Source: Mizuhopecten yessoensis (taxonomy: Eukaryota). From it: DNA of 64,000 nucleotides. Positions within the stretch are counted from its first letter, which is position 1; every line of letters begins with the position of its first letter. Below, in pieces: positions 22,920-35,509 of this stretch. The stretch is taken from contig NW_018480048.1 in assembly GCF_002113885.1 (NCBI RefSeq), forward strand, positions 303,779 through 367,778, read 5' to 3'. Below the pieces are notes generated by a model. That model saw only the letters and a list, made by a program, of their open reading frames with translations, had not been told where the DNA came from and ran no database searches. The position numbers and the translations under genes were made by a program.

Positions 22920-23500
22920 ATCTGATTATGCCGCAGTGGTGTCATTTCTCAAGATGGCCATCAGGCAGCCATCCCGCATTTTGACATTCCTAGTTTGTTA
23001 TTGCTATATCTCGAGAAGAAGTTTACGAATCCCTCTCGGATTTTCATATTAAGATAACCCTTGGTCTATCATAGTGCATGTTTCATTTTGAGGCTGATCG
23101 AAAAAACAAGATGGCCAATAGTCAGACATCTTGGATTTTAATCATTCAAATTTGTTATTAAGTATGATATTTCTCAAGAAGACTTGACAGATCTTCCTTA
23201 AATTCCATATGATCCTACCCCTTGGTCAGCAGTTGTACATGTTTCATTTTTAGGCTTATCAAAAAAAAAAAATGGCCATTGGTCAGCCATCTTGGATTTT
23301 GACATTTCAAGTTTGTTATTAAGTTGATATTTTTAAAGAAATACTTGGACTGATCTTCTTTAAGTTTGATATGGTCATATCCTTTGGCCAGTGGTTGTAC
23401 ATGTTTCATTTTGAGACTGATAGGAAAAACAAGATGGCTGCCATGTGTATGATCCTATCCTTCTATCAGCGGTTGTCCATGTTTCATTTTGAGACTGATA
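22920..23500. repeat. Degenerate ~170-bp tandem core repeats of a dispersed non-autonomous element
   Basis: Recurrent aaaacaagatggc...catcttggattttgacatt...tgtttcattttgag units; related inverted sequence at ~42550-42900. Confidence 0.6.
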
Positions 23501-25071
23501 GGATGGTGTAACAAGTTCTTTCTGCTTGCTAGTTTTGCATAATTCGTTTTGAGTTTGAAGTAGCTATCACATTGCTGTTTTAGTAAATAGGTTAGACAAG
23601 GACTTAAATTTGAATGGACACTGTCAAACCCAGCTATTAGAAGTTTTAATAAAAAGTTACCAATACAGCTGTAGATGCATTTACTGTGGACAAGACTGTC
23701 AATCCAACAAATAAGAAAATAGAGAATGCAATATTATAATGATACAGAACTAATCAAGCTTGTATTATAACAGGCTTCAAGGTCCTTCTCGAATCTCATG
23801 TTTATAAATTTTACTCATCAAACATGTATATGAGAGGTAAATGGTACGATAACAAATCTTGTGACAGATGCATGAACACTGCATTGAAGTCAAACTCAAC
23901 CCAACATTTTGTCTTTAATGGCTTACTGCATCACACAATAGACTGTTTTCATCAAGTATAACACTAAAACTGATGTATAAAAAAAGAATACTTTATTTAC
24001 ACAGAACTCAATCCAAGACAAAATTTATATTATTGTATTACCATATAATAGGATATTTGATATATTATAGATAATTTTTTTACACACACATTTAAAAATT
24101 CTATCACAGTTCATCACTTATTCTCACTGTTGGTCATCTAGTCATGGGTCCATGGGTCACTTGATGTCTCTCCAGACAGGGTTATCTCCCTTTGAGGAGT
24201 GCTACAGGCATTGTAATGCACCGACAACCTCAAAACCACTTGATATGTGGACAAAGGAGATCGAAAGTCGAAAATGCTGAGGATAAATCACAGTGAGACA
24301 CGCTCTTCCACAAAATGTCCATTTGTAATCCCTCATCACTGTTCTATCTCAGTGTCTAGTCCTGTGCCTCTTCTGGCTGTATAGTAATCTAACTTAATAC
24401 ATGTTTAATGTTATCAATAAATAAAAGTTTTACAGCCATATTCTAAATCAGCTTTGGTATCAGTCTTTCACTGCGTACCCTTGGTGAGGTATAATCTAAC
24501 TGTAGGAATGTATTGTTCTAGGTATAACTAGTGGTTCCTCGGTAGATGTAATTTGTACATACATACAGGTAAACCAGTTACATACCAGGGTATATCTGGT
24601 ACTATAGTCCCTAAACAAATCAATAAGACTAGGTGCCACTCATAACATAATCTCAGTTTGGTAAACTTGAGAACATATAACTATGTACATGCATATCAAT
24701 CTTACAATTGTTACTGTTTAAAAAAAAATCAAAAAATCTTGACTTATATTTCTATATTACCTGGTAACTCATTCACCCCTACAGTCACATTTGAACCTTG
24801 CCAAATCAATGACTGGGCAAGTCCAGTTTAGATATAAAGGGGTGAATGAGTTTATACCTGTACCTACACTTAACAACTACACTATATACACAAAGGCTAC
24901 ATGCTATACACTGGAAGCACAGTTGGTGGGGACTATTTTGATGGACATGAGTGGAAATCTGGAGCGTTGCACCATGGCAGTCACATCAGAACAGGTGCCT
25001 GTTCGTCAAATGTGGCCAGGCTATTGTTTCGTAGAAGCCATCAGTGGAGAATGTCTTTCGTTACGTAGGAA

Positions 25072-28000
25072 TTACATGTTCCTTAGGAGAGCACCGGCGG
25101 CTAACAGCATGGCTGCTAGGATGCCCGAACTCTGTAGAGCACTGCTTCCACCTGTAGAAAAGGAATTAATGATAATGTAGATATACTGTTCAGAATTAGG
25201 TTGTTACAATGTTTAAGGAACTTACCAGTCAGTTGTGGTTACTTTAGATCCATTGGCAGTTCAATTTTCAATTTTCCCTCCATATACCATACAATTTGTA
25301 GAGAATGCAATGCATGTTAATCATGAGATTATAACTCCATTTGGTCAGGTGACCCTGTGACATCACTGATCTAATTATGACAACACTGAATTTATTGTTT
25401 GCAGAACTTCACCCACTTATGTTTAGAGCATGAAATAACTAAATGTAACATAACTACTGTATTCAAGTATTAATCAAGCATAAATACTCCAGTTAAATGT
25501 TATACGCACATGGTTTTAACTTAATCTAGGACTTTGATTTGACATTTCCAACATTCTGACACGTGTTAAACGGTCACCTTGGTAAATACAGTAAACTGTC
25601 CTGCCGTAGATTACAAACAAAAAGATCTGAAGTAGGGGTCGGGTTTTCAAAACGCCAATGCAGTTAAATCATAAACTGTAAAAAGTTAATAAAGACCACA
25701 TTTTCATCATTACAGCTGAATATCCGGATTCCTTTTATGTGCTAAAACTGTAATTGTTGAGAGATACTTACTGAGCTGAGTTTGTAGTGTGTACTCCATG
25801 GCCCGGTACCAGCCTTCATAGTGAACCTCACATCGGTACAGCTTGTTCTCATCAGTCGACAGCAGGCTGATGGCCACAGTGCTCATAGCATCACCATACC
25901 CTGGTTAAGGCAACGATATGGCATCTTTAAGGGGAGATAACCTTACACGTGTTAAAGTTGAATGGCGACAATATTCAAACCTGACTATCCTAGAAAGTTC
26001 CTTACAAAAATATTCAATATTTATGCAAATTTTTTCCCTGTTTTATAGATTTCTGTGCTAAGATTAATAAGGAATTGGTAACATATTACAGGAACACAAT
26101 AAAGCATGCACTGCAGGAACATTGCCATCTAAATTATTAGACAAATTGAAAAAAGTTAAAGGGAGATTATCCTAACAGAAACCTAAGATGTACTTATTAG
26201 GGTAGTATAAGCTCAGATATCTTATTCATAAGACACATTTGATTTGTAGCAATGACGATTTGCTTCCAAACTAAATACGATGCCCCCTCAATGTGTACGA
26301 CACCTGCACACACACAGTTTATACTAGATCATTTCACAAGGTTTGTTAATTTTCAGCTGCACTCTTCATTCTTCAGGTAATTGTGTGATATGAGATGAAA
26401 AAATGTTTACATTAACACCAAATCATGAACACATGATATCATATATTAACATACACGCTATATAATTACATTTCGGTAACTCGGGTAACAAATTAGTGCT
26501 CAGTTATACAAAGCCGTTTGGGATACAACTATTGTGATAAATGGACTTACCACTTGAGAGTGTGTTTTCAGTGTAGTAATAAGCATCTTGGGTGAAGTCC
26601 ACGTCATTCTTGTACCAGCGAAGGAAGGGAGGTGGGTTTCCATATGTGGCTTTGCATGTAAGGTTTACAGAGGATCCAGCTCGTGGGGCACTCTCCCAAT
26701 AGACGGACACGTTTGTGGGCAGAACTGTAACACAAAACATGAACACGTTATCTAGAGTTACTGGAGCTATTAAGTATCAGGGCCCACTTGTATAAAACAT
26801 CTGAAAGTTAAGGAAAATCTCGAAGCAATGTATTGTCTATGGGAAATCTTAGACTTCAGGAAATCTCAAGAGTTGAGATGTTTTATACAAGTGAGCCCAG
26901 GGCAAGATCTCTGTAAACAATAGTGACAGTTACAGGGTCTGGATCGGTAAGAGTGTTAAAGAAAACTACCCTAGCTGTCAACACTCCCTCCTAAAAGAGG
27001 ACTCCCTCATTTTTACCAAAATTTACCAATCTCCCTCGAAACTCCCTCATTCAAGTCCAAACTCACACAAACTCAAAATCTACATCCTGTGGTCAAATGA
27101 TCTCCTAGTTACCGCAGGGTGTGTGTAATGATTATAACAGGCCTTGGTGTGTCTGAATTTTGGAGTTATTTTGATACATAAAAAGGGAAAGATAAATTGA
27201 GCAAAGCAGTTTCAGTCGCGTTTCACACACTTTCTCCCTCATTGGAAATGTGGAATGAGGGTCTATATAGCTACTTACTGACAGTGTTGAGGTAGGCCTC
27301 GTTTGTGACGGAGCCAACAGTACACTGGTACAGTGCAACGTCATCTGTGACCACGTTGGATATTGTCAAGTTATATGTGCCGACGATAGAGTACTTGGTA
27401 GCACTGGCCAGAATCTGGGTGTTCAGGGAAATGGTAGTTGTTGATGAACCAGATACCACCTAAAAATAGTAGCAACAAGAGGATTATCATTCAGTCACCA
27501 ATAAATAGTAACAATGATAGGAATATCAACCAGACACCTAAAATAGACGGAAAGTAGTTATAGACATGTGGTTGTTATATATACAGACAGATATATATAT
27601 ATATTGGATAAATAAATTGAATTATATATTCCATCAAAAATATTCGAATAAACCTTAATTTAATCGCTTCATACTCGTTTATGGTTACTAATTGGGGGGA
27701 AAATTCGTTCAATATATCCGGTTAATAACGCAAGACCGCAAAACACAAATGTTTTCATTAAAAATTGTGATATGACCATATAAGGTACTAGCCTTTTTCC
27801 ACGTCACACTGTCGGATCCGAGGTTGCTGACGATACAAGCTATAGTGGCGGTTCCTCCGATCTCCACAGACGTGTTGTAAGGCGCAATGTCAAAGGTGGC
27901 GCCTTGGCAAGCTGGGGGGAAAACGCAAAGACTTGCTGTAAATAGGTACTATCAAACTACCGATAGAAAACAGCTCGTAATGTATAACACTCAACCTACT

Positions 28001-28933
28001 GGTAGAAACCAGCTATTTAAAACAACACTATCAAACTTTTGGCCGAAAACAACCTTTAATGTGTAACACTGACACATTGTAGCAGAAAACAGCGCTTTAT
28101 AATTATTATAACACTATCAAACTACTGTTAGGTCATAAAGTCGGTCCCACCCGGAACATCATAACCGCAACACGAGGAGGTATGTTTCGCACAATCATTA
28201 TATCGAGAGGTATCAACTCCCCGTTATATTTGATTTTAATATGTAAAAATATGCAAATGTACATATATGTAAAAATAATGAAGCTTGTGCACAATTTATT
28301 TGATTATTTTAACGACTTACAACTTGTTTTATATTCCAAGTAATTTTCAATGAACGCATATTAACGTAACATTTTTAATTAGATATCTTATTTAATTAAA
28401 CACCACTTAAATATGAATGGTGTGTGTCCTACTTGTCTTCGTGACTTAAGGTTAAATTTCATATGACTGATTATTTTTTATTGAAAATTAGGCATGTTTG
28501 TGTCCGCTCAATTATTTCCGCCCGGACTATACTGTCAAGAAATTCTTAATGTACATGTATATAACATTATCAAAATTGGCAAAAAAAAAAGCTATCACTT
28601 AACCATAACAAGCTGATTACTAGCAGAAACATATCTCTTATTGTATAAGCTCTGGTAAATGTATATCCTTGTCAAAATACTAGTAGAAAACCATTCTTAA
28701 AAAAAGAGAAAAACATCAATAACCTCTATCTATGATTACCGGTAATATATCTATATAAAATCCAATTATATGTCTTTCTATGATAATTAAAACCATCAAA
28801 AAAATAAAACCTATTTACTTATAAATATACATTAATAATTCTATCTATGATAATAAAACTCATTTTTTAAAATTAGGACCAGTGAGGACTTACCTCCAAT
28901 AAGAACGGCGAAGAAAGCTACGATTCCGATCAT
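25072..28933 (-). CDS. Two-Ig-domain, probably GPI-anchored cell-surface protein (240 aa)
   Basis: Exons (minus): 28933-28894, 27911-27793 (GC donor), 27459-27279, 26724-26551, 25900-25772, 25151-25072 (TAA). Signal peptide MIGIVAFFAVLIGACQG. Ig1: TATIACIV..VTWKK..YNLTISNVVTDDVALYQC. Ig2: VNLTCKATYGNPPPFLRWYKN..LYRCEV. C-terminus SGSSALQSSGILAAMLLAAGALLRNM fits a GPI signal. Confidence 0.85.
26781..26897. mobile_element. 117-bp PIF/Harbinger-type MITE
   Basis: TIR ggcccacttgtataaaacatct / agatgttttatacaagtgagcc; 3-bp TSD CAG. Confidence 0.75.
27945..28130. repeat. Degenerate ~40-bp minisatellite in Ig-gene intron 1
   Basis: Repeated acactatcaaactac...agaaaacagc...aatgtataac. Confidence 0.6.
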
Positions 28934-31900
28934 GATGCTGATGGTGGGATGTGTAGGTACAAGGCTAGTCCACGCTATATGTGAGGACAGCTCGTGAGGG
29001 GACGGAGTTTTATACAGCTCGTTTGTTTGTGGAATACGTTGCTTGACCACGCAGGGTACATCACCGAGGCGGACGGTCAAAATTGGATCAAGACGGATTG
29101 AGTAAATTAGCGGTATTTGGGTTATATAGATTTGCCTCGTGTATTACTGATTAGCTTCCTAGTCACAGGCCGGCCAATTAAACGACATGTATATAGTGAC
29201 ATTTTACGTATTAGACGGCACATATTGTAATTATATATATAGTTACAGATATTTGTGAAATATACAAAACTGTGTCGTCAATGCAAAAATAATAGTCATC
29301 CCTAAAGAATGTAGTCCACTTCGGGAAACGGTGTCCCTCAAGTACGCAGGACAATCAGTATTAGCGTAAACGTGCAACTGCGTAAAATTAAGTTACTAAC
29401 GTAAAACATGTGTTAATCGATAGTTATTATCTTTTATAAACATATCTTATTATCATTATTAATTATTATTATGCGTGTACCTGATTATCGACTTTTCCCT
29501 TATGGCTGCTAAGTTGTAACGTTGTAAAACTTCACAACCAGCTATAAATGACAAGACTTACTAGAGACCGTAACAAAATTACCCTGCATTATACCAAACA
29601 AAGTGGGCTTATACTATTTTTCGAAGTCCTCAATATTTTCACAGAACAAAAGCACGTGTAAACACCATGCCGCACGCTAATTCGCACGCGCGCATTGCTC
29701 AACGTCTCGTAAGTCTTTCATGTTACATTATTTTCCCATTGGGTGAATTTTTATTTCATTACGTTTTCCTGACTCTATTCTTCGTCCTATTTTGATAACC
29801 CACAACAAGAAAATGATATATATTGTTTCTATTGAAAATGTTGCTCTAATTATTATTCATATCTTTGATTTTTAAACACCATACGCTTATAAGCCGAAAC
29901 AATTTAACGATTTTCTTTTTGCATGACGTCATCAGCTACTTTCATGTGGAGATAAAAGAGTGATATTTTAATAACACGGCAAAAGATAATTATATAAATA
30001 AGATCAATGAAAGAACTGAACAGTTATTCTGATTTTTTATTTTTTATTTAAATGGGATGAAAAACGAAGTCAGGAAAATTGATTAAATTAAAAGTAAATC
30101 CAACACCACACTTCACTGTATATTGGTCTCATTGGAAATTTATTTAATACGTAATGGTATCTGAAGTTATATAGAATACTTATATACCAAGTAGAGACTT
30201 AGATATTTATGTTTTCACTTCCATATTGCTATACATACATGTATTTCATTTGCAAAAATATACAAAACGGATAGAAGTTACTTGTTATCGACTTCTAATT
30301 TCTTTTCATGAGAGATATCTGTACTTATAAAAATGACTGTTCAATACCTACAACATTACAAATTTGCCAAAGAGTTTGTGGTTCAAAGGATAAAAGATAC
30401 ACGCTTCTAAACATTTTAACAGTTAATATACGCGTTAAGTTAATTGGTTCAGCATTTTTTGTTATTTTTGTCATTTTTAAACTGAAAAACGGAAAAAAAC
30501 GGATTCAACTGTGATGAGAAACGACATTGGATTCTCTACATTGTAAAACAAAATAGTCGCATAGGCTTCTAAGCAACCATATTTGAAAAAAAAATAAAAA
30601 TATAAATGTGTAGTAATATATATCTTTATGAAACCATTTATGGCCAACAACTATATAGATAATAGTTTGATAACACGTGTGATAAAGTCGTATAACCCTA
30701 GGCCTTCTTGATATAAAATGGTTAAAGCCGTATATAACATTCGCTAGCATCAGCCCTTATGGAATTCACTACTTAGCTTTAACGAAAAAAAAAATCAATT
30801 TTCATTCTTGTAAGGGTCTGGAGGTTTTCTTTTTCAGTACAGCTCTGGTGTCCCTTTTAACGGTAAGTTCCTGTCTGAACTTTCTCGGGGCCTTATTTAA
30901 ATTCCGTTAACGATATTTTAAGTATGTGTTTCTAATGCAGATAAATGGGTATCCATTAAATCCGTTATAAATATAAGTCGCGTATGCATGTAAATTGGAC
31001 CAACGAAAAAGTAATTGTCAAACGTGTGCCTAAAAACACATGTAGCTGAACTATGGAGAAGAATTCTGAACAGTTTATAATTTATTACACTAGCTCTACA
31101 TCTGAAAAGAATGTATGTAGTTTTTCCATTGTTTTTGTTCGATCAAGTGTGTTAATTTTTTAAGCAGAAACCTCCGAACTCTTATTTTCCCGTGCAAAAG
31201 AATGTATATGACGATACATGTTAATGTGTGTGTTTACCGTGAGGATAAAGGGGGCGTATCAATTTCTGGTATAATTGGCCGTATCATGGTATACAAGTCC
31301 TGACTAAACGTATGACGTAAACATATTTAATATTCCGGCTAAATAGCTATATATATATATATCGCACACTGCATTGTTGAGTACATGACTCACACATTTG
31401 AGCAGTCCTATAGTTTAAACCGTGTTTTATTCAATAAGCCATATTAGACGGATATGACAACAGGCTTAAGGATTCCTCTGCCAGATATAGTAGTACGTAG
31501 TCGACTGTTCATTACTTTAGGACAATGGCATCTCTTCCATATCAAGGTTTATTACGTATTATTTTCTCCTTGACAAATATCAATATTTGACATGTTTTTT
31601 TGAAGAAAAAATTTAAGAAGTTATTGTTGCTACAACCCATATATTTAAAAGAAAACTTTACAATGTTATCCCTCGCGAAACGCTTGTGCCGGTTTTACAT
31701 TTATGTAAGAAACTTTGTACACTCCAGGCTTGCGCCTTAGCTGTGCCGTTTCCTAATAGAGAATCATTATTTTCAATTTCAAGTTACCATGGAAACAGTT
31801 ACCCCGAAGAACGAAATTCATGGTTTCCTGTATTGAAAAATGCTGTTCAATTCATTTAGTCATATTCTATATCGTATAGTTATCATTGATCTACATATAT

Positions 31901-32493
31901 AGGCATGAAAGAATCTTAGTGTCTCTGTCGTCAGTAGAAATGAGATTCCTGGAACAGTCTTACGTCATCAAAAGGTCTGCTTCTAACTTCAAAATGAAGC
32001 TGATTAAATTGCGTCCATAGCCATATGAACGCAATTTCTTCTGGAAATGCTTATAGAGGAACTTGCAGTGATTATGTAATTATGATTTCCATGCTTTTTC
32101 TGGGAAATAACATGAAAACCCCCACCTATCTCTACAAGCTTAGAACACAAATAGCTAGTGTCCAAGTTGTACTGTTCCTGCAGGTAGGGCGTAAGAATTG
32201 TACCTGCTGCCCCCATTGCATGGTCGTAAGAGGCGACTAATTTTGGGATCTTATCTTTTCTCTTCTTTCTAAGCAACTTTCTTCTTTCTAATATCTCCCT
32301 TGACAGGGCCTCACGTTTGGCCTTTAGTTGAGTGAGGAAGGCTTTGGGATCTGTCCCTTGGCCGAGACATACCAAAGTCTGTAAAATTGGTTGTTTCTAC
32401 TCCTGCTTAACGCTCGATAATTTAGGAGTGAGACGACTGGTTCGCCCGTTGTAAGTATAATGTGATCGGGTGGGATGTCCTGCTGGGCAGTAG

Positions 32494-34830
32494 TTCAAGT
32501 TCAAGTTCAAGTTCTTTATTTGCTGAAGTTTTACAACTTATGGCAATTACAGATAAGACAAAGACACTCACAAGGACACACCCACAATGACTCGCCCACA
32601 TCATCCTCATCATCAAGAACACTCACACTGACGCGCATACATCATCCTCNNNNNNNNNNNNNNNNNNNNNNNNNNNNNNNNNNNNNNNNNNNNNNNNNNN
32701 NNNNNNNNNNNNNNNNNNNNNNNNNNNNNNNNNNNNNNNNNNNNNNNNNNNNNNNNNNNNNNNNNNNNNNNNNNNNNNNNNNNNNNNNNNNNNNNNNNNN
32801 NNNNNNNNNNNNNNNNNNNNNNNNNNNNNNNNNNNNNNNNNNNNNNNNNNNNNNNNNNNNNNNNNNNNNNNNNNNNNNNNNNNNNNNNNNNNNNNNNNNN
32901 NNNNNNNNNNNNNNNNNNNNNNNNNNNNNNNNNNNNNNNNNNNNNNNNNNNNNNNNNNNNNNNNNNNNNNNNNNNNNNNNNNNNNNNNNNNNNNNNNNNN
33001 NNNNNNNNNNNNNNNNNNNNNNNNNNNNNNNNNNNNNNNNNNNNNNNNNNNNNNNNNNNNNNNNNNNNNNNNNNNNNNNNNNNNNNNNNNNNNNNNNNNN
33101 NNNNNNNNNNNNNNNNNNNNNNNNNNNNNNNNCAGCGATCATTCGTCATTCATCATACACACGCCAGAACCATTCTTCACCCTCATTCACCCATACCAGA
33201 TTTATCAATATAATAGTATATTACATAATTTGTATACAATAAACTGATGATGACCTGTTAATAAATCTGCTCTACGTTTAAATACTTTCCTAAATTATTA
33301 AGTTCTTTTGTGTTTTCGATTTTGAGTAATTGAACAAATGTATACATACTAGGCCTTTTGAAGTGATTTTTTTTTTATGTATTTAGACCGGAGGTCTGAA
33401 TAGCGATTACATTTAATTATAAAATGAAATTCATCTTCTATATCATTTTCATTACATAAAATGCATTTTCTTTCTTCTCTAGGTATATCTCTGTAACGGC
33501 CACGTTCAATAGACAGGTCATGCGCACATAAACGTATCTTAGAAATATGTTTTAAATAATTAAAAGTAATTGCCTTATGTAGATATGGTTGCAATTTAAT
33601 ACTTTCCACTAAATGCTGATATAATACTCCTTTAGAAGAAGAAAGAACTTTCTCTAGACAATCTTGCTGAAAACTATCACATAATCGCTGCTTATATACT
33701 TCACTAGAATGATAAATACTATCAGTCACAAACATGTATCCAAGGCCGACTCTTGAAAGATCATGTTTTAAGTTAAGGATCCAGGGGTCTTTATTTCCAA
33801 CCATATCATTATAACAAGCTTTCAGCACACAGTTATCAGAGCGTTGTAATTTAATCCAATACTTAAAATTTTTAACTTTTCTTAACAGCTCTAAATGAGA
33901 TCTTCCAAATTCAATATAAGGAATGCAGTGTTTGTAGATTTTCTTAATCATAATAATGATTTCAAAAATCCAATATGAAATTTTTCTATTTCGGGTGCTT
34001 TATGAAATCCCCAAATTTCTGAACCGTACATTAAAATACTATTGACAAACGTGTCAAAAATAGCAAGACGAGATTCTATATTAAAATAATTCTTTTTACA
34101 TACATTATTTATGGCAAATAGTGCTTTTCGACCTCGTTCTGCAAGTTTTTTTTGTGTTTTTGTAAATTTTCCATAATAAGTTAAAGTGAGACCAAGATAA
34201 TTAAACTCATCAACTACTTCAATCGCATCATTATTATAAAACCATTTTTCTTTTGCTCTTATTAAACCTCCATTTCTAAAGATAACTATTTTTGTTTTAT
34301 CTACATTTAAAGTTAAGCTCCATTTTCTACAGTAATCTGCTAGTGAAACTAACATTTTCTGCAAGTCTTCTGGTGTTTCCGATAGTATGACCATATCGTC
34401 TGCATACATAAGTAAAAATAAATTAATGGTTTGAATTTCTAGTGATAAGCAATTATTTTTTTATAAAATCCATTTCTAAATCATTAACAAACAATGTAAA
34501 CAACAAGGGAGATAATATTTCCCCTTGGAATAAACCACAATCACATTTGAAAAATTCAGTAACACCTTTGAATTAAACACAACATTTTACATTGGCATAT
34601 TATTTTCAGGAATTTCCCTTCTATACCTTCCTTAATCATTTTATACCAAAGTTTTTGTCGACTAACAAAATCAAAAGCTTTTTTATAATCTATAAAACAG
34701 CAGTAAAGTCTGTTTCGTTTTTTGAGAGTTCTATTAATTAATGATTATAGTACGAAAATAGCATCTATCGTGGAAAGGTTTTTTCTAAATCCAAATTGTA
34801 CATCTGTGATAATATTATGTATTTTATCAA
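32494..34830 (-). mobile_element. Degenerate non-LTR retrotransposon (RT plus C-terminal Cys/His motif; RTE-X/L2-like), spanning the assembly gap
   Basis: ORFs 33948-34409 (YADDMV, LTLNVDKTKIVIF) and 33349-33951 (LSIERGRY, CILCNENDIEDEFHFIIKC). Upstream FIDYKKAFDFV and QGEILSPLLF are readable. The 3' end AATAAAG(AACTTG)n is at 32494-32520. Confidence 0.85.
32650..33132. other. Assembly gap (483 N)
   Basis: Run of N. Confidence 1.
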
Positions 34831-34844
34831 CATTAACTAATAGT

Positions 34845-35030
34845 ATGTTTCAGTGAGGTAGTACTATAAAGTCCGCATCAGTTCCGCGCTATCACGAGGA
34901 AACAAACACGAACATATTTCAGCCTCCCAAAACACACACACATGTATACACTACACGCATGGCAGGAGTGGCCGTCTTTAAATAACCATAGCTGTTGATA
35001 AGACTTTAAACAATACTAAACCAAATCCAA
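34845..35030 (+). mobile_element. SINE 3' fragment
   Basis: Core cagtgaggtagtactataaa shared with the 4603 SINE, but a different tail (gctgttgataagactttaaac...aaaccaaatcc). Confidence 0.55.
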
Positions 35031-35509
35031 GTTATACTTGTACTTTTAGCTATTCCCATTTTTTTTAATATCTTTCCTGTTGCCATGGAAATAAATACCA
35101 AAAACTCAAAATTCACTGCTTCCTGGCAATAAGTTAAATATCTGCTAGGCTAATGTCGAAGTTGTGCCTTTTGTAATTGGGGTTATCAAGTTATTAATTT
35201 TACCATTGGAAAAAATAACACAAAAAAATGACTTTCGGTAAGAATATCGACCCTAATGATGATATATGAGTTGATATCAACCCCTAAAACGTGTAAAATT
35301 GCTATGAACACTCTTTATGTTTGGTTGAAAAACTACCAGAGCATGGCCAATAATAAAAGCCTCTGTCCAAAATACTATTTTGATTTCTTCATATTGAAAT
35401 CAGGGGCCTGTTCATATATGAAATGTAACATTTTCGAATATAAATCCTGACGGACCTGTAAATGTTTATGTCTGGATTTCAGGGTAGGGATTCTACAGTC
35501 AGTCAGTTA

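Noticed and set aside
24791-25180. 129-aa plus-strand ORF
   Set aside because: Antisense to the last exon and 3' UTR of the Ig gene and begins inside a MITE; no recognisable domain.
32475-33242. Long ORFs spanning 32475-33242
   Set aside because: Artefacts of the N gap.
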